NCBI GenBank assembly: GCA_019894975.1
Contig: JAGXNO010000034.1
Location: 1 to 43,025 of the forward strand
Length of the DNA: 43,025 nt
Direction of reading: 5' to 3'
Source of the DNA: Promethearchaeota archaeon
Lineage (GTDB): Archaea; Asgardarchaeota; Lokiarchaeia; Sigyniarchaeales; SOKP01
Shown here: positions 1 to 8,900 of the stretch, in pieces
How positions within the stretch are numbered: position 1 is the first letter of the stretch
How the letters are laid out: every line of letters starts with the position of its first letter
Made by a program: the position numbers and the translations under genes
Notes under the pieces: generated by a model
Told to the model about the DNA's origin: nothing
Database searches by the model: none
The model's input: only the letters and a program-made list of their open reading frames with translations

Positions 1-795
1 CCTATGTAGCTGATTATACCTCTGGCTTGGCGGTCATTGACATTTCCGACCCGACCAACCCGGGAATACCCGTCTACGAACCCACGACCGGATATGCATG
101 GGGCGTGTACGTGAGCGGAGATTACGCCTATGTAGCTGATGGTGCCTCTGGCTTGGCGGTCATTGACATTTCCAACCCGACCAACCCTGGAATACCCGTC
201 TACGAAGACACGACCGGAGCTGCACTTGGTGTTTACGTGAGCGGAGATTACGCCTATGTGGCAGATTATACCTCTGGCTTGGCGGTCATTGACATTTCCG
301 ACCCGACAAACCCGGGAATACCCGTCTACGAACCCACGACCATGTTTGCATATGACGTTTACGTGAGCGGAGATTACGCCTATGTGGCAGATACGAACTC
401 GGGCTTGGCGGTTATTGACATTTCCGACCCGACAAACCCGGGACCGCCAGTTTATGAAGACACGACCGAATCTGCAATAGGCGTGTACGTGAGCGGAGAT
501 TACGCCTATGTGGCAGATTTGGGCTCGGGCTTGGCGGTTATTGACATTTCCGACCCGACCAACCCGGGAATACCCGTCTACGAACCCACGACCGGATCTG
601 CGCGTGATGTTTTTGTAAGCGGAGATTATGCCTATGTAGCTGATTATACCTCTGGCTTGGCGGTCATTGACATTTCCGACCCGACCAACCCGGGAATACC
701 CGTCTACCAAGACACGACCGGATATGCATGGGGCGTGTACGTGAGCGGAGATTACGCCTATGTGGCAGATCATACCTCTGGCTTGGCGGTCATTC
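1..795 (+). repeat. 126-bp intragenic tandem repeat (LVIVD blades), about 6.3 copies in window
   Basis: CCTATGT(A/G)GC(T/A)GAT recurs at 1, 127, 253, 379, 505, 631 and 757. Confidence 0.97.
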
Positions 796-1778
796 AAGTA
801 AGAGAAATAATTGATAGGTGGAATCCTGTTATTACCGATGCCCCTAGTAATCTTCCCGTAGAATTCGGCTACACCGGACAGAGTCTATCATGGACTGCGA
901 CCGATGCTAACCCAAATACATACACTATCAAACTGGAAGGAACAGGTATAGTTACGGGTCCAACTGCTTGGACGAGTGGTGTTGCAATAATATATAATAT
1001 TCCTGACGGATTTGCTGTGGGAATATATGTTTACACAATTAACTTCACAGATACTGAGGGAAATTACGTTACAAATAATATTGCTTTTACTGTGGAAGAT
1101 ACAACAAGTCCGGTTATTTCTGATGCTCCGACTGATCTTACTGTAGAATATGGCTACACCGGACAGAGCTTATCATGGACGGCGACCGATGCTAATCCAA
1201 GTACATACACCATCGAACTGGAAGGAACAGGCATAGTTGCGGGTCCAACTACTTGGACGAGTGATATAGCAATAACATATGACGTTCCTAACGGATTTGC
1301 TGTGGGAGATTATGTTTATACTGTCAACTTCACAGATGATAGAGGAAATCACGTTACAGATAGTGTTGCTTTTACTGTGGAAGATACAACAAACCCAATT
1401 ATTACCGATGCTCCGACTGATCTTACTGTAGAGTACGGTTACACCGGACAGAGCTTATCATGGACCGCGACTGATGCTAACCCAAGTACATATACTATTG
1501 TGCCGGAAGGAACAGGTACAGCTACGGATCCAACTGCTTGGACGAGTGGTATAGCAATAACATATGACATTCCTGACGGGCTTGCTGTGGGAATATATGT
1601 TTATACAATTAACTTCACAGATACTGAGGGAAATTACGTTACAGACAGTGTCACTTTTACTGTAGAAGGTGACGGAGATGGTGCCGGTGCCGCTATTTCA
1701 TTTGGTAATTATTATTTGATTTTTCTAGTAATCGGAATAATTTCATTAGCATTTGTTCAAAGACGAAGAAAATTATAA
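3..1778 (+). CDS. Cell-surface protein, 5'-partial: LVIVD-repeat beta-propeller + three 95-aa Ig-like repeats + C-terminal TM helix and basic tail (Loki-CTERM-like anchor)
   Basis: Frame is open from position 3, so the start lies outside the window. 42-aa repeats VYVSGDYAYVAD..SGLAVIDISDPTNP are typical LVIVD blades. Ends ISFGNYYLIFLVIGIISLAFVQRRRKL. Confidence 0.9.
   Translation, partial: YVADYTSGLAVIDISDPTNPGIPVYEPTTGYAWGVYVSGDYAYVADGASGLAVIDISNPTNPGIPVYEDTTGAALGVYVSGDYAYVADYTSGLAVIDISDPTNPGIPVYEPTTMFAYDVYVSGDYAYVADTNSGLAVIDISDPTNPGPPVYEDTTESAIGVYVSGDYAYVADLGSGLAVIDISDPTNPGIPVYEPTTGSARDVFVSGDYAYVADYTSGLAVIDISDPTNPGIPVYQDTTGYAWGVYVSGDYAYVADHTSGLAVIQVREIIDRWNPVITDAPSNLPVEFGYTGQSLSWTATDANPNTYTIKLEGTGIVTGPTAWTSGVAIIYNIPDGFAVGIYVYTINFTDTEGNYVTNNIAFTVEDTTSPVISDAPTDLTVEYGYTGQSLSWTATDANPSTYTIELEGTGIVAGPTTWTSDIAITYDVPNGFAVGDYVYTVNFTDDRGNHVTDSVAFTVEDTTNPIITDAPTDLTVEYGYTGQSLSWTATDANPSTYTIVPEGTGTATDPTAWTSGIAITYDIPDGLAVGIYVYTINFTDTEGNYVTDSVTFTVEGDGDGAGAAISFGNYYLIFLVIGIISLAFVQRRRKL
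822..1668 (+). repeat. 285-bp intragenic tandem repeat (95-aa Ig-like domain), 3 copies
   Basis: ACACCGGACAGAG recurs at 871, 1156 and 1441; the motif GYTGQSLSWTATDANP occurs three times. Confidence 0.95.
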
Positions 1779-1833
1779 ATAAACAAATTTAAAACTTAAA
1801 AAATTATACTTTTTTTTTAATTATTACTAATTT

Positions 1834-1959
1834 TTATATTTCCCTACATGCATTCATGGATTTCTTCCAAATGGAAAGCCCTCCCTTTCCTACGAGATCA
1901 GCGTTTTGAGTATAAGTCGAAACCGCTTCTTCTAAAGTCATTAATTTGCTTGAACTCAT
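1834..1959 (-). pseudogene. N-terminal 41-aa remnant of a family I CoA-transferase alpha subunit
   Basis: Hand translation MSSSKLMTLEEAVSTYTQNADLVGKGGLSIWKKSMNACREI* resembles the KLMTLEEAV...DxVxxGG...PMA..REI start of GctA/PcaI-type subunits. Confidence 0.6.
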
Positions 1960-1987
1960 TCTTCACGATCTCTTTTATTTTATTTTG

Positions 1988-2160
1988 TTAAGATGAGATT
2001 TTTTTCTTGTTCTTTAATTCTTTTAAGATTCTTCTTTTTTGGGGCAGTGAAGACCTGTTTTAGCTAAAGTAAATAAGCAATTGTTACAATAATCACATTC
2101 AACAATTGTACTTCCGATGCCTTTCATCCACCTATTTGGGAGAAAGATATTTTCTAGTAA
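1988..2160 (-). pseudogene. C-terminal remnant of an NADH:flavin oxidoreductase (old yellow enzyme-like) gene
   Basis: Hand translation ..LPNRWMKGIGSTIVECDYCNNCLFTLAKTGLHCPKK has the LPNRW + CxxCNxC..C tail of that family; no start codon for a full gene. Confidence 0.5.
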
Positions 2161-2192
2161 GTAATACTTACTATAAATCCAATTTTCAATAA

Positions 2193-2932
2193 ATAGAGCA
2201 ACTTTTTTTAAAAATTTATATAATTTGCGATCAAAATTATTTAGAGAGACTTCAAAGTATCTATAGATCCAATCGTTATACTAATGAGCCTGTATTAGAA
2301 GCATTACATGACCTTATTCCCTTTTGGAAAAAACTGGCAAGAGAAGAGGTAAAAGAAACTTTTTCAGGAAATCTAAATGATCTTAATTATCTACAGAGAA
2401 ATATTGCGAGATATACAAATTACTTACAAATTAATATTATATATGATTTGGAACTATCTGAGATATACGAAAATTGCTTAAGTGAACTACACCAGACAGA
2501 TAGACATTTAAAGTATAAAATACAATTAGTTAAAGAGAAAATAGAGAGAACTAAAGATTGGATTGAGAATTACTCAAAAATTTTATCCCTACAACAGATT
2601 CAAATTTACCAGCTGGGATTGTAGTACTTGAGGATGCCGATCATATACTTGAAGAACCGCCTCATGTTTATTACAAAAAAGCTTACGACTCAAATAGGGA
2701 TTATTATAAGAGGAATAGAGAGAAGAACTACTTTCTGACAAAAGAACAAATAGAAGAAGCCTTTGGGGATTCGAATTACCTATTTAATATTCAATTTGAA
2801 AGTATATTTCGTGATTTAATCGTAAATGAGTTTCGATATAGAGATATTTCACTCATTACTGTTTGTGTAGATATGTTTAAAATCTATAAATTTCTTGATT
2901 CAAGTTCTAAAATAAAGTTATTGCTTGATTAG
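2193..2932 (+). pseudogene. Start-less, frameshifted remnant of an unknown protein
   Basis: Stop-free frame 2193-2624 continues in the -1 frame from about 2579 to 2932; the junction is near the AAAAATTTT run at 2576-2584. Confidence 0.5.
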
Positions 2933-3032
2933 TTGAAAAAAAGTGATTTAGGAAATAGAGGAAATAAAGAAGGTAATATCATGTTAGGAGCAGAAAAGAT
3001 GGAAATTAAAACAAAAGAACGGCTTAAGGGAT

Positions 3033-3251
3033 TTACATATCCAATCTCAAAAAGCTCTTATCTGTGATCTCTGCGATACTATGAAAGAAGATTATATCAA
3101 TCCTGAAAGAGGAGAAAAGTATCCTGCTTGTATAGATTTATGCCCAAAGGAAGCTATTTCATTAAAGGATGTTGAGCAAATCGGTGAGGAAAAGCGGATT
3201 GACGCTGTAAAGAGACTTTTTGGGGATATTTTAAAAGAAACAGAAGCTTAA
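3033..3251 (+). pseudogene. C-terminal half of a 4Fe-4S electron-transfer subunit (CooF/HydN/AOR-associated ferredoxin type)
   Basis: Translation ..KALICDLCDTM..YPACIDLCPKEAI..KETEA*. In-frame TAG at 2985 and no start codon before the CDLC motif. Confidence 0.7.
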
Positions 3252-3300
3252 ATTTTTTTATTTATTTTTTATTATTTTTTATAGTTAGGCTCTTTTTTTA
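3252..3300 (+). terminator. Oligo-T archaeal terminator-like tract
   Basis: Successive T runs directly after the stop at 3251. Confidence 0.5.
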
Positions 3301-3398
3301 CCGAGTTTAATAAGGAAATGTAAATTCAATGAAAAAGAGCTAAATTAAAATACTTTTTAATCGAAATTTCAAATTATTATTTTATGGTGATTTAAAAA

Positions 3399-4697
3399 AT
3401 GGAAAATTTACCAGATAATGTACCTCTTTATGAACTTGATATGGTTAAGGATCTGATAAGTGCTATACTAGGAAGAGCCTCAGCACAGATGATGATGGGA
3501 AGTTTTAGAACAGCCAAGATATTCTTCGGAATTACAGCTTTAAATCAACTCAGTGGATTTATAAGTAATAGACTTGAGAAAGAAGAAAGAAGAATATTAC
3601 TTATCACCGATGATTTCACTGAAAAGTTCGCAAGTCAAGTAATTGATGTGTTAAATTCTATAGATGCTGAGTCAAAAGTATGGTCTGGAGTGAAACCAGA
3701 GGGGCCTCTCCATACAATTGAAGAGGCTGCAGAGGTATGCAGAGAATTTAAACCAACAGTATTAGTTGCAATTGGTGGAGGAAGTGTTATGGATTCTGCA
3801 AAAGCAATAATGATTAAATATGAAAATCCGGAGGCAAACCTTTATAGAATTTTAGGACTGGGAGGTTTGGGGTTACGTAAAAAAGTAAAGTTCTTAATAG
3901 CCATTCCTACAACCTCAGGAACAGGATCTGAAGTTACTGCTGCTGCCATGCTTACAGATATGGGAAGAGATCCTCCAAAAAAATTAACACTTAATCATGG
4001 CGAACTGGTTCCTGATATAGCAATTTTGCATACTGATTTTGTAAAAGACATGCCACCATTTTTAACTATGGCTACAGGACTAGATGCTCTTGCACATGCA
4101 ACAGGAGCGTATGTTTCTACATGGGGGGGTCCTATAACTGATGCTCTTAACATTGCTGCTATTAAGGAAATCCTAAAATATTTACCTCGATCTTACAAAT
4201 ATGGTGCAAAAGATTTAGAAGCTAGAGAGAAAATGCAAATGGCGACCGTCATAGCAGGAATGGGTTTTGGGAATTCTAAAGTTGGAATCGACCACGGTTT
4301 AGGTCACAGTTTAGGAAAAGTATTTAATATGCATCATGGATTCTGTGTAGGTTTATTTCTCCCTTATACAGTCGCTTATACCGCAAAAATCTCAGATAGA
4401 TGGAAAGATTTATGTCCCGTTTTTGGAGTCGAGTCAAACAGAATCGAAAGAAAGGCACTCCTTACTGCATTGCTTCAAGCAATTAAAGACTTCATACATT
4501 CCATAGATGGAGCCGTATTTGTTAAAGAAGTAAAGGATCCAATTATTTCGAAAGAAAATTATATGGATAACATAGATCTTTTAGTAAATTATGCAGAAAC
4601 AGATGCAGTTGACCTTTTAGTACCCCGTTGGACGCATAAAGAGACTTATAGAAAGATATTTGAATATGCTTGGGATGGGAGGGATATTGATTTTTAA
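3399..4697 (+). CDS. Iron-containing alcohol dehydrogenase
   Basis: GGGSVMD, IPTTSGTGSEVT, metal ligands DALAH/HGLGH/HG; GGTGA RBS at 3386-3390. Confidence 0.93.
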   Translation: MENLPDNVPLYELDMVKDLISAILGRASAQMMMGSFRTAKIFFGITALNQLSGFISNRLEKEERRILLITDDFTEKFASQVIDVLNSIDAESKVWSGVKPEGPLHTIEEAAEVCREFKPTVLVAIGGGSVMDSAKAIMIKYENPEANLYRILGLGGLGLRKKVKFLIAIPTTSGTGSEVTAAAMLTDMGRDPPKKLTLNHGELVPDIAILHTDFVKDMPPFLTMATGLDALAHATGAYVSTWGGPITDALNIAAIKEILKYLPRSYKYGAKDLEAREKMQMATVIAGMGFGNSKVGIDHGLGHSLGKVFNMHHGFCVGLFLPYTVAYTAKISDRWKDLCPVFGVESNRIERKALLTALLQAIKDFIHSIDGAVFVKEVKDPIISKENYMDNIDLLVNYAETDAVDLLVPRWTHKETYRKIFEYAWDGRDIDF

Positions 4698-4720
4698 CTA
4701 TAATGAGGTTATGAGAAAAA

Positions 4721-6604
4721 TTGGCAGATAAAATGAATGGATATAATGGAAAAATTGTAATTATTAATTTAAGTGATAAAAGCTACGATATTCAAGATTT
4801 GGATCCCCAAATAGCAAGAGAATATCTTGGGGGAACCGGATTGAGTGCGAAAATTACTTATGATTTACTCTCTGAAGAAGACTTCACTACTCTAAAAACC
4901 GATCCTTATGCTGAGATTAATCCCTTGATTTTTGCAACTGGCCCTGTAACGGGGACAATCAGACCATCTTCAGGAAGATATTCGGTCACTGGGATATCCC
5001 CTTTAACAGGAATATGGGGTGAGGGGACTTCAGGGGGTTACTTCTGTTTATCTTTACGCAACAGTGGTTATGATGCAGTAGTTTTCACTGGAAAGTCAAG
5101 TGAACCTGTGTATGTATATATAAACGATGGAACTATTGAGTTTAAAAATGCAGATAATCTATGGGGTAAAGACTGCTATGAAAGTCAAGATTTCATTAAA
5201 AAAGAAATTACTCAAGCTAACCTTAGAATTGCTTGTATAGGTCAGGGTGGAGAAAATTTAGTGAAATATGGAGCGATTATTAATGATGAAGGAAGAGCCG
5301 TTGGGAGATGTGGAATGGGCGCGCTTATGGGTTCGAAGAATTTGAAAGCTCTTGCTATTCATGGTGCTAAAAAAATTGATATTTTTGATAAAGAAATTGG
5401 GAAGGAATTAAGAAAACAAGAAGAACTTGCTAAACAAGGTAACCAAATGGGAAATGTTGCTTTAGAATTGTTTAAATTATACGGTACTAATTTCTATCTC
5501 GATCTCGGAATGGTTAATGGTGATACTCCTGGTTATTATTTTACTGAGTCAGAATTTCTTGCTGAAAAATTAACAAGTAAAACATTAAAAGAAGAATATC
5601 CAATGTTTAGTTATGGATGTGCAGGTTGTACGGTAAAGTGCGGAAAAGCTACAGTTATCGAGGTAGACGGTGAGGATATTGAAGTTGATGGTCCAGAATA
5701 TGAATCGGTTGCAGCTTTAGGAACTCTTTGTGGTCTTTTTGATTCTAAACAAGTGATTTTGGCAAACCATCTATGCAATAAGTTTGGGATTGATACGATT
5801 TCCTGTGGTGTGAGTATCGCATTCTTAATCTACTTAGTCCAAAATAATTTGGGAATAGAGAAGATTAAGTCTTATACAAATAGCTTTCAAATAGAAGATA
5901 TAAAATGGGGAAACGGAGAAATGATCTTAGCTTTAATAGAAAAAATTGTTAATAGAGAAGGAATTGGCAGTGTACTATCAGAGGGAGTTAAAATCATGGC
6001 AGAAAAGTTTGAAGTAGATCCAGAGTTAGCTGCCCATGTAAAAGGATTAGAGATACCCATGCATGAACCCCGCGCGTTTGCAGGACAAGCGCTAAGTTAT
6101 ATGACTGGTTGCGTTGGGGCTGATCATAATAAATGTGATTGGTATGGTGCTGAATTAGGTAATGTAAGCTATCCGTCAATAAAAGTAAAAGCAAGTAAGG
6201 GGAGGAATACCATTAAAGGAAGCGAAAGAGGAATTGCAAATCTTCAAGATCTTCGAGCTATCGATGATTCTGCAGTAAATTGTAATATGAATGGTCCTCC
6301 ATTAGAAAATGTAATCGGATATATCAATGCTGCCACAGGTTTTAACTATGATAAGAAATCTTTAATGGAAGTAGGAGAACGTATAAATAATCTTAAAAGG
6401 TTAATCAGCTGCAATTTAGGAATTACTCGAAACGATGATAAGCTACCAAACCACATTCTAAAAACCTTACCTTCGGGAAGAGTAATGGGTGTAAAACTTG
6501 ATTTAGAAGAAAATCTAAAGAAGTATTACACCAGAAGAGGTTGGGATTGGGAAACAGGAAGGCCTTCTGAAGAAAAATTAAAGCAATTAGGGATTATTTC
6601 TTAA
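4721..6604 (+). CDS. aor: Tungsten-dependent aldehyde:ferredoxin oxidoreductase family protein
   Basis: SPLTG, GRCGMGALMGSKNLKA, CAGCTVKC, GPEYES, DTISCG and VKGLE motifs. Confidence 0.93.
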   Translation: MADKMNGYNGKIVIINLSDKSYDIQDLDPQIAREYLGGTGLSAKITYDLLSEEDFTTLKTDPYAEINPLIFATGPVTGTIRPSSGRYSVTGISPLTGIWGEGTSGGYFCLSLRNSGYDAVVFTGKSSEPVYVYINDGTIEFKNADNLWGKDCYESQDFIKKEITQANLRIACIGQGGENLVKYGAIINDEGRAVGRCGMGALMGSKNLKALAIHGAKKIDIFDKEIGKELRKQEELAKQGNQMGNVALELFKLYGTNFYLDLGMVNGDTPGYYFTESEFLAEKLTSKTLKEEYPMFSYGCAGCTVKCGKATVIEVDGEDIEVDGPEYESVAALGTLCGLFDSKQVILANHLCNKFGIDTISCGVSIAFLIYLVQNNLGIEKIKSYTNSFQIEDIKWGNGEMILALIEKIVNREGIGSVLSEGVKIMAEKFEVDPELAAHVKGLEIPMHEPRAFAGQALSYMTGCVGADHNKCDWYGAELGNVSYPSIKVKASKGRNTIKGSERGIANLQDLRAIDDSAVNCNMNGPPLENVIGYINAATGFNYDKKSLMEVGERINNLKRLISCNLGITRNDDKLPNHILKTLPSGRVMGVKLDLEENLKKYYTRRGWDWETGRPSEEKLKQLGIIS

Positions 6605-6635
6605 ATTTTTTTTTTAATTATTTGGTGATAGTTAT

Positions 6636-8552
6636 CTGATAAATGAAGAATATTTTGGTCCTGCTATCATTGATATCGATGAATGGAGAGATAAACCAGT
6701 CAAACATCGATTTGTGCATGGATCTTTTGAAAATACGCACACTCGTTTCATTCTTTGCTTTCCTCATGCTAAAAACTATGGTGGACGTTTCATCCAACAT
6801 TTAGAAGGAGGATTAGGAGGAAATGAATACACAGGTTATGTTGCGGGAGGACTCTATCTTGCACGTCGTAATAATGCTTATTATGTAGAATCAAATCAAG
6901 GTCATTCTGGTGATCTAAGGGTGTTACGTGATCATGCCTCGGTATTCGATTGGGAAGCAAGTGCTAAAACAGCTCAATATGGTCGTGAGTTTGCAAAGAA
7001 AATATATGGAGAGGAGCCTCATCATGGATACTTGTATGGAGGTAGTGGGGGGGGATATCGATGTGTTAAATGTGCAGAAGCCCCGATTAAAGTGTGGGAT
7101 GCATTTATGCCTATGATCATGTCTTATCCAAGTTTTTTTACTTTTTACGATTCAATAATGGCATTAACTGTTCAAATCTTAGGAGATAAAATTAAAGACG
7201 TTGTGGATGCTACAGATCCTGGTGGGAATGGAAATCCATTTGCGATATTGGAAAATAATTTACAGAAAGAAGCTCTAGCGAGCCTCTATCAATCAGGCTT
7301 TCCTCGTGGAGCAGAAGCACAGCTAAGACCAAATCCTTTCTGGCCGTATGCTATGCAAATCTTACCTGATCCGAAGCATTATGAAACGTTCTGGGAAGAA
7401 CCTGGATTCGAAGGAAAAGATGACGATCATGTGGTAAGATCTTTACTAATAGAAGAAGACGTAGAAGTAGAAGAGTTATTGAAGGTAAATCAAATTCGAT
7501 CTTTAATTGTAGTAAATGATCTGGATGATGGTATGTTAAGGGACCTTATATTCCCAAAAGAAGCTAATATTGGTATGAAGGTAAAATGCATAAATCCGGG
7601 AAAATACGTTGGTTGTACAATACAATTACCTAATGGTCGTAAAATGTATTGTACCCACAACGCAGATGATGTATTAGTTGCCTTATTTTCGCGTCATAGC
7701 TTAGATGATGTAGAAAAGGGTGATATAGTTCATCTTGATAACCGTCGACTTGTAGCGTTTAGCTTTCACCATCGCCATTTTGTAAGTAATCGATATCCAG
7801 AAATGAAGCAGTTCTTTATTGATGGAATTCCCATTTATAAACCATCTTCACGCTCACTAGATCACATTCCAATACCTTCTGGAAAATTTCATGGAAAAAT
7901 GATCATTGTACAAAATGCCCAAGATTGTGATGCATGTCCTAGTAATGCTCGGGCATATATCGAATCTGTAAAAAATCATTTAGGGAATTCTCTAGATAAT
8001 TATTTTCGTATATACTGGACTGAAAATGCATGTCATCTTCAACCACTAACATCAGTTGAATCAACCAGATATATCCCATGGGGGTCTATCGTCTCTCAAG
8101 CGATGAATGATCTCATAAAATGGATAGAAGAAGGTACTTCACCACCCACCAGCACTAACTACAATTTCAATATTCATTCAGCACTTCAATTGCCTGGGAA
8201 TGCTTCTGAAAGGAAGGGTATTCAACCAACTGTTAAATTAAGTATTAATGGTAAAAAAAATGCTCATATCAATGTAGATCACACAATTTTATTAGATGGT
8301 GAAGCGGAAGCACCACCAAATACAGGTTACTTTATAAAATTGGATTGGGATTTTGATGGCTCAGGTAAGTTTTCACATCAAGAAGAATTAGGTGGAAATG
8401 AAAGTAAAATAAAAACAACAGCTTCACATCAGTATAGTAAACCTGGCACTTATTTTGTGACCTTTCGAGTTTTTATGGAACGTAATGGAGAAAAACGAGA
8501 TGTAATACACCATATTATAAATCAATCTCGAGTTCGTGTTATAGTTTCTTAA
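6636..8552 (+). CDS. Alpha/beta-hydrolase-like (tannase/feruloyl-esterase-like) protein with C-terminal PKD domain; start uncertain (CTG 6636 or GTG 6714)
   Basis: YLYGGSGGG nucleophile elbow; PKD signature WDFDGSG...HQYSKPGTYFVTFRV. Frame is open from 6618. Confidence 0.65.
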   Translation: MINEEYFGPAIIDIDEWRDKPVKHRFVHGSFENTHTRFILCFPHAKNYGGRFIQHLEGGLGGNEYTGYVAGGLYLARRNNAYYVESNQGHSGDLRVLRDHASVFDWEASAKTAQYGREFAKKIYGEEPHHGYLYGGSGGGYRCVKCAEAPIKVWDAFMPMIMSYPSFFTFYDSIMALTVQILGDKIKDVVDATDPGGNGNPFAILENNLQKEALASLYQSGFPRGAEAQLRPNPFWPYAMQILPDPKHYETFWEEPGFEGKDDDHVVRSLLIEEDVEVEELLKVNQIRSLIVVNDLDDGMLRDLIFPKEANIGMKVKCINPGKYVGCTIQLPNGRKMYCTHNADDVLVALFSRHSLDDVEKGDIVHLDNRRLVAFSFHHRHFVSNRYPEMKQFFIDGIPIYKPSSRSLDHIPIPSGKFHGKMIIVQNAQDCDACPSNARAYIESVKNHLGNSLDNYFRIYWTENACHLQPLTSVESTRYIPWGSIVSQAMNDLIKWIEEGTSPPTSTNYNFNIHSALQLPGNASERKGIQPTVKLSINGKKNAHINVDHTILLDGEAEAPPNTGYFIKLDWDFDGSGKFSHQEELGGNESKIKTTASHQYSKPGTYFVTFRVFMERNGEKRDVIHHIINQSRVRVIVS

Positions 8553-8887
8553 TTGATGAATCGAAAAACTGATGGTTTAATCATTTAACAAATTTAGGGC
8601 AGAACTAATTATCGTTACCGATAAAAAAGCTGAGAAAAGTTTAGAAAATTAATAATTAGATGAAAATAATAGAATGAAATCAATCAAAATATACCATTTC
8701 ATTAAATTAAAAAAACTAGTAATCCGCTAAATTATCAGAATTTAGTCGGATTGAATTATGTTTTCATAATAATTTAATTTTAATAATATAGACTATTTTC
8801 AATATCATAATTCATTTCATAGAATTACTAAAGAACTAAATGAGTGAATATCGTTAATCTTTAAAACATAGGAGGTAAGGATTAACA

Positions 8888-8894
8888 AAGGTGA
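8888..8894 (+). promoter_or_regulatory. Shine-Dalgarno-like AAGGTGA before the TTG start of hdrA
   Basis: GGTGA at 8890-8894, 6 nt before TTG 8901; the same motif precedes the ADH gene. Confidence 0.7.
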
Positions 8895-8900
8895 ATAAAA

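Noticed and set aside
1-795. CRISPR array or diversity-generating retroelement
   Set aside because: Repeats are in-frame 126-bp coding units without unique spacers; variation is not adenine-specific; no cas or reverse transcriptase gene is present.
2570-2590. Programmed -1 frameshift at AAAAATTTT
   Set aside because: The run is not phased as X XXY YYZ in the upstream frame and that frame has no start codon; decay is the simpler reading.
8553-8900. Second SECIS upstream of hdrA
   Set aside because: Several ATGA motifs occur, but by eye none has a stem closing on a matching GA. A covariance search is still needed.
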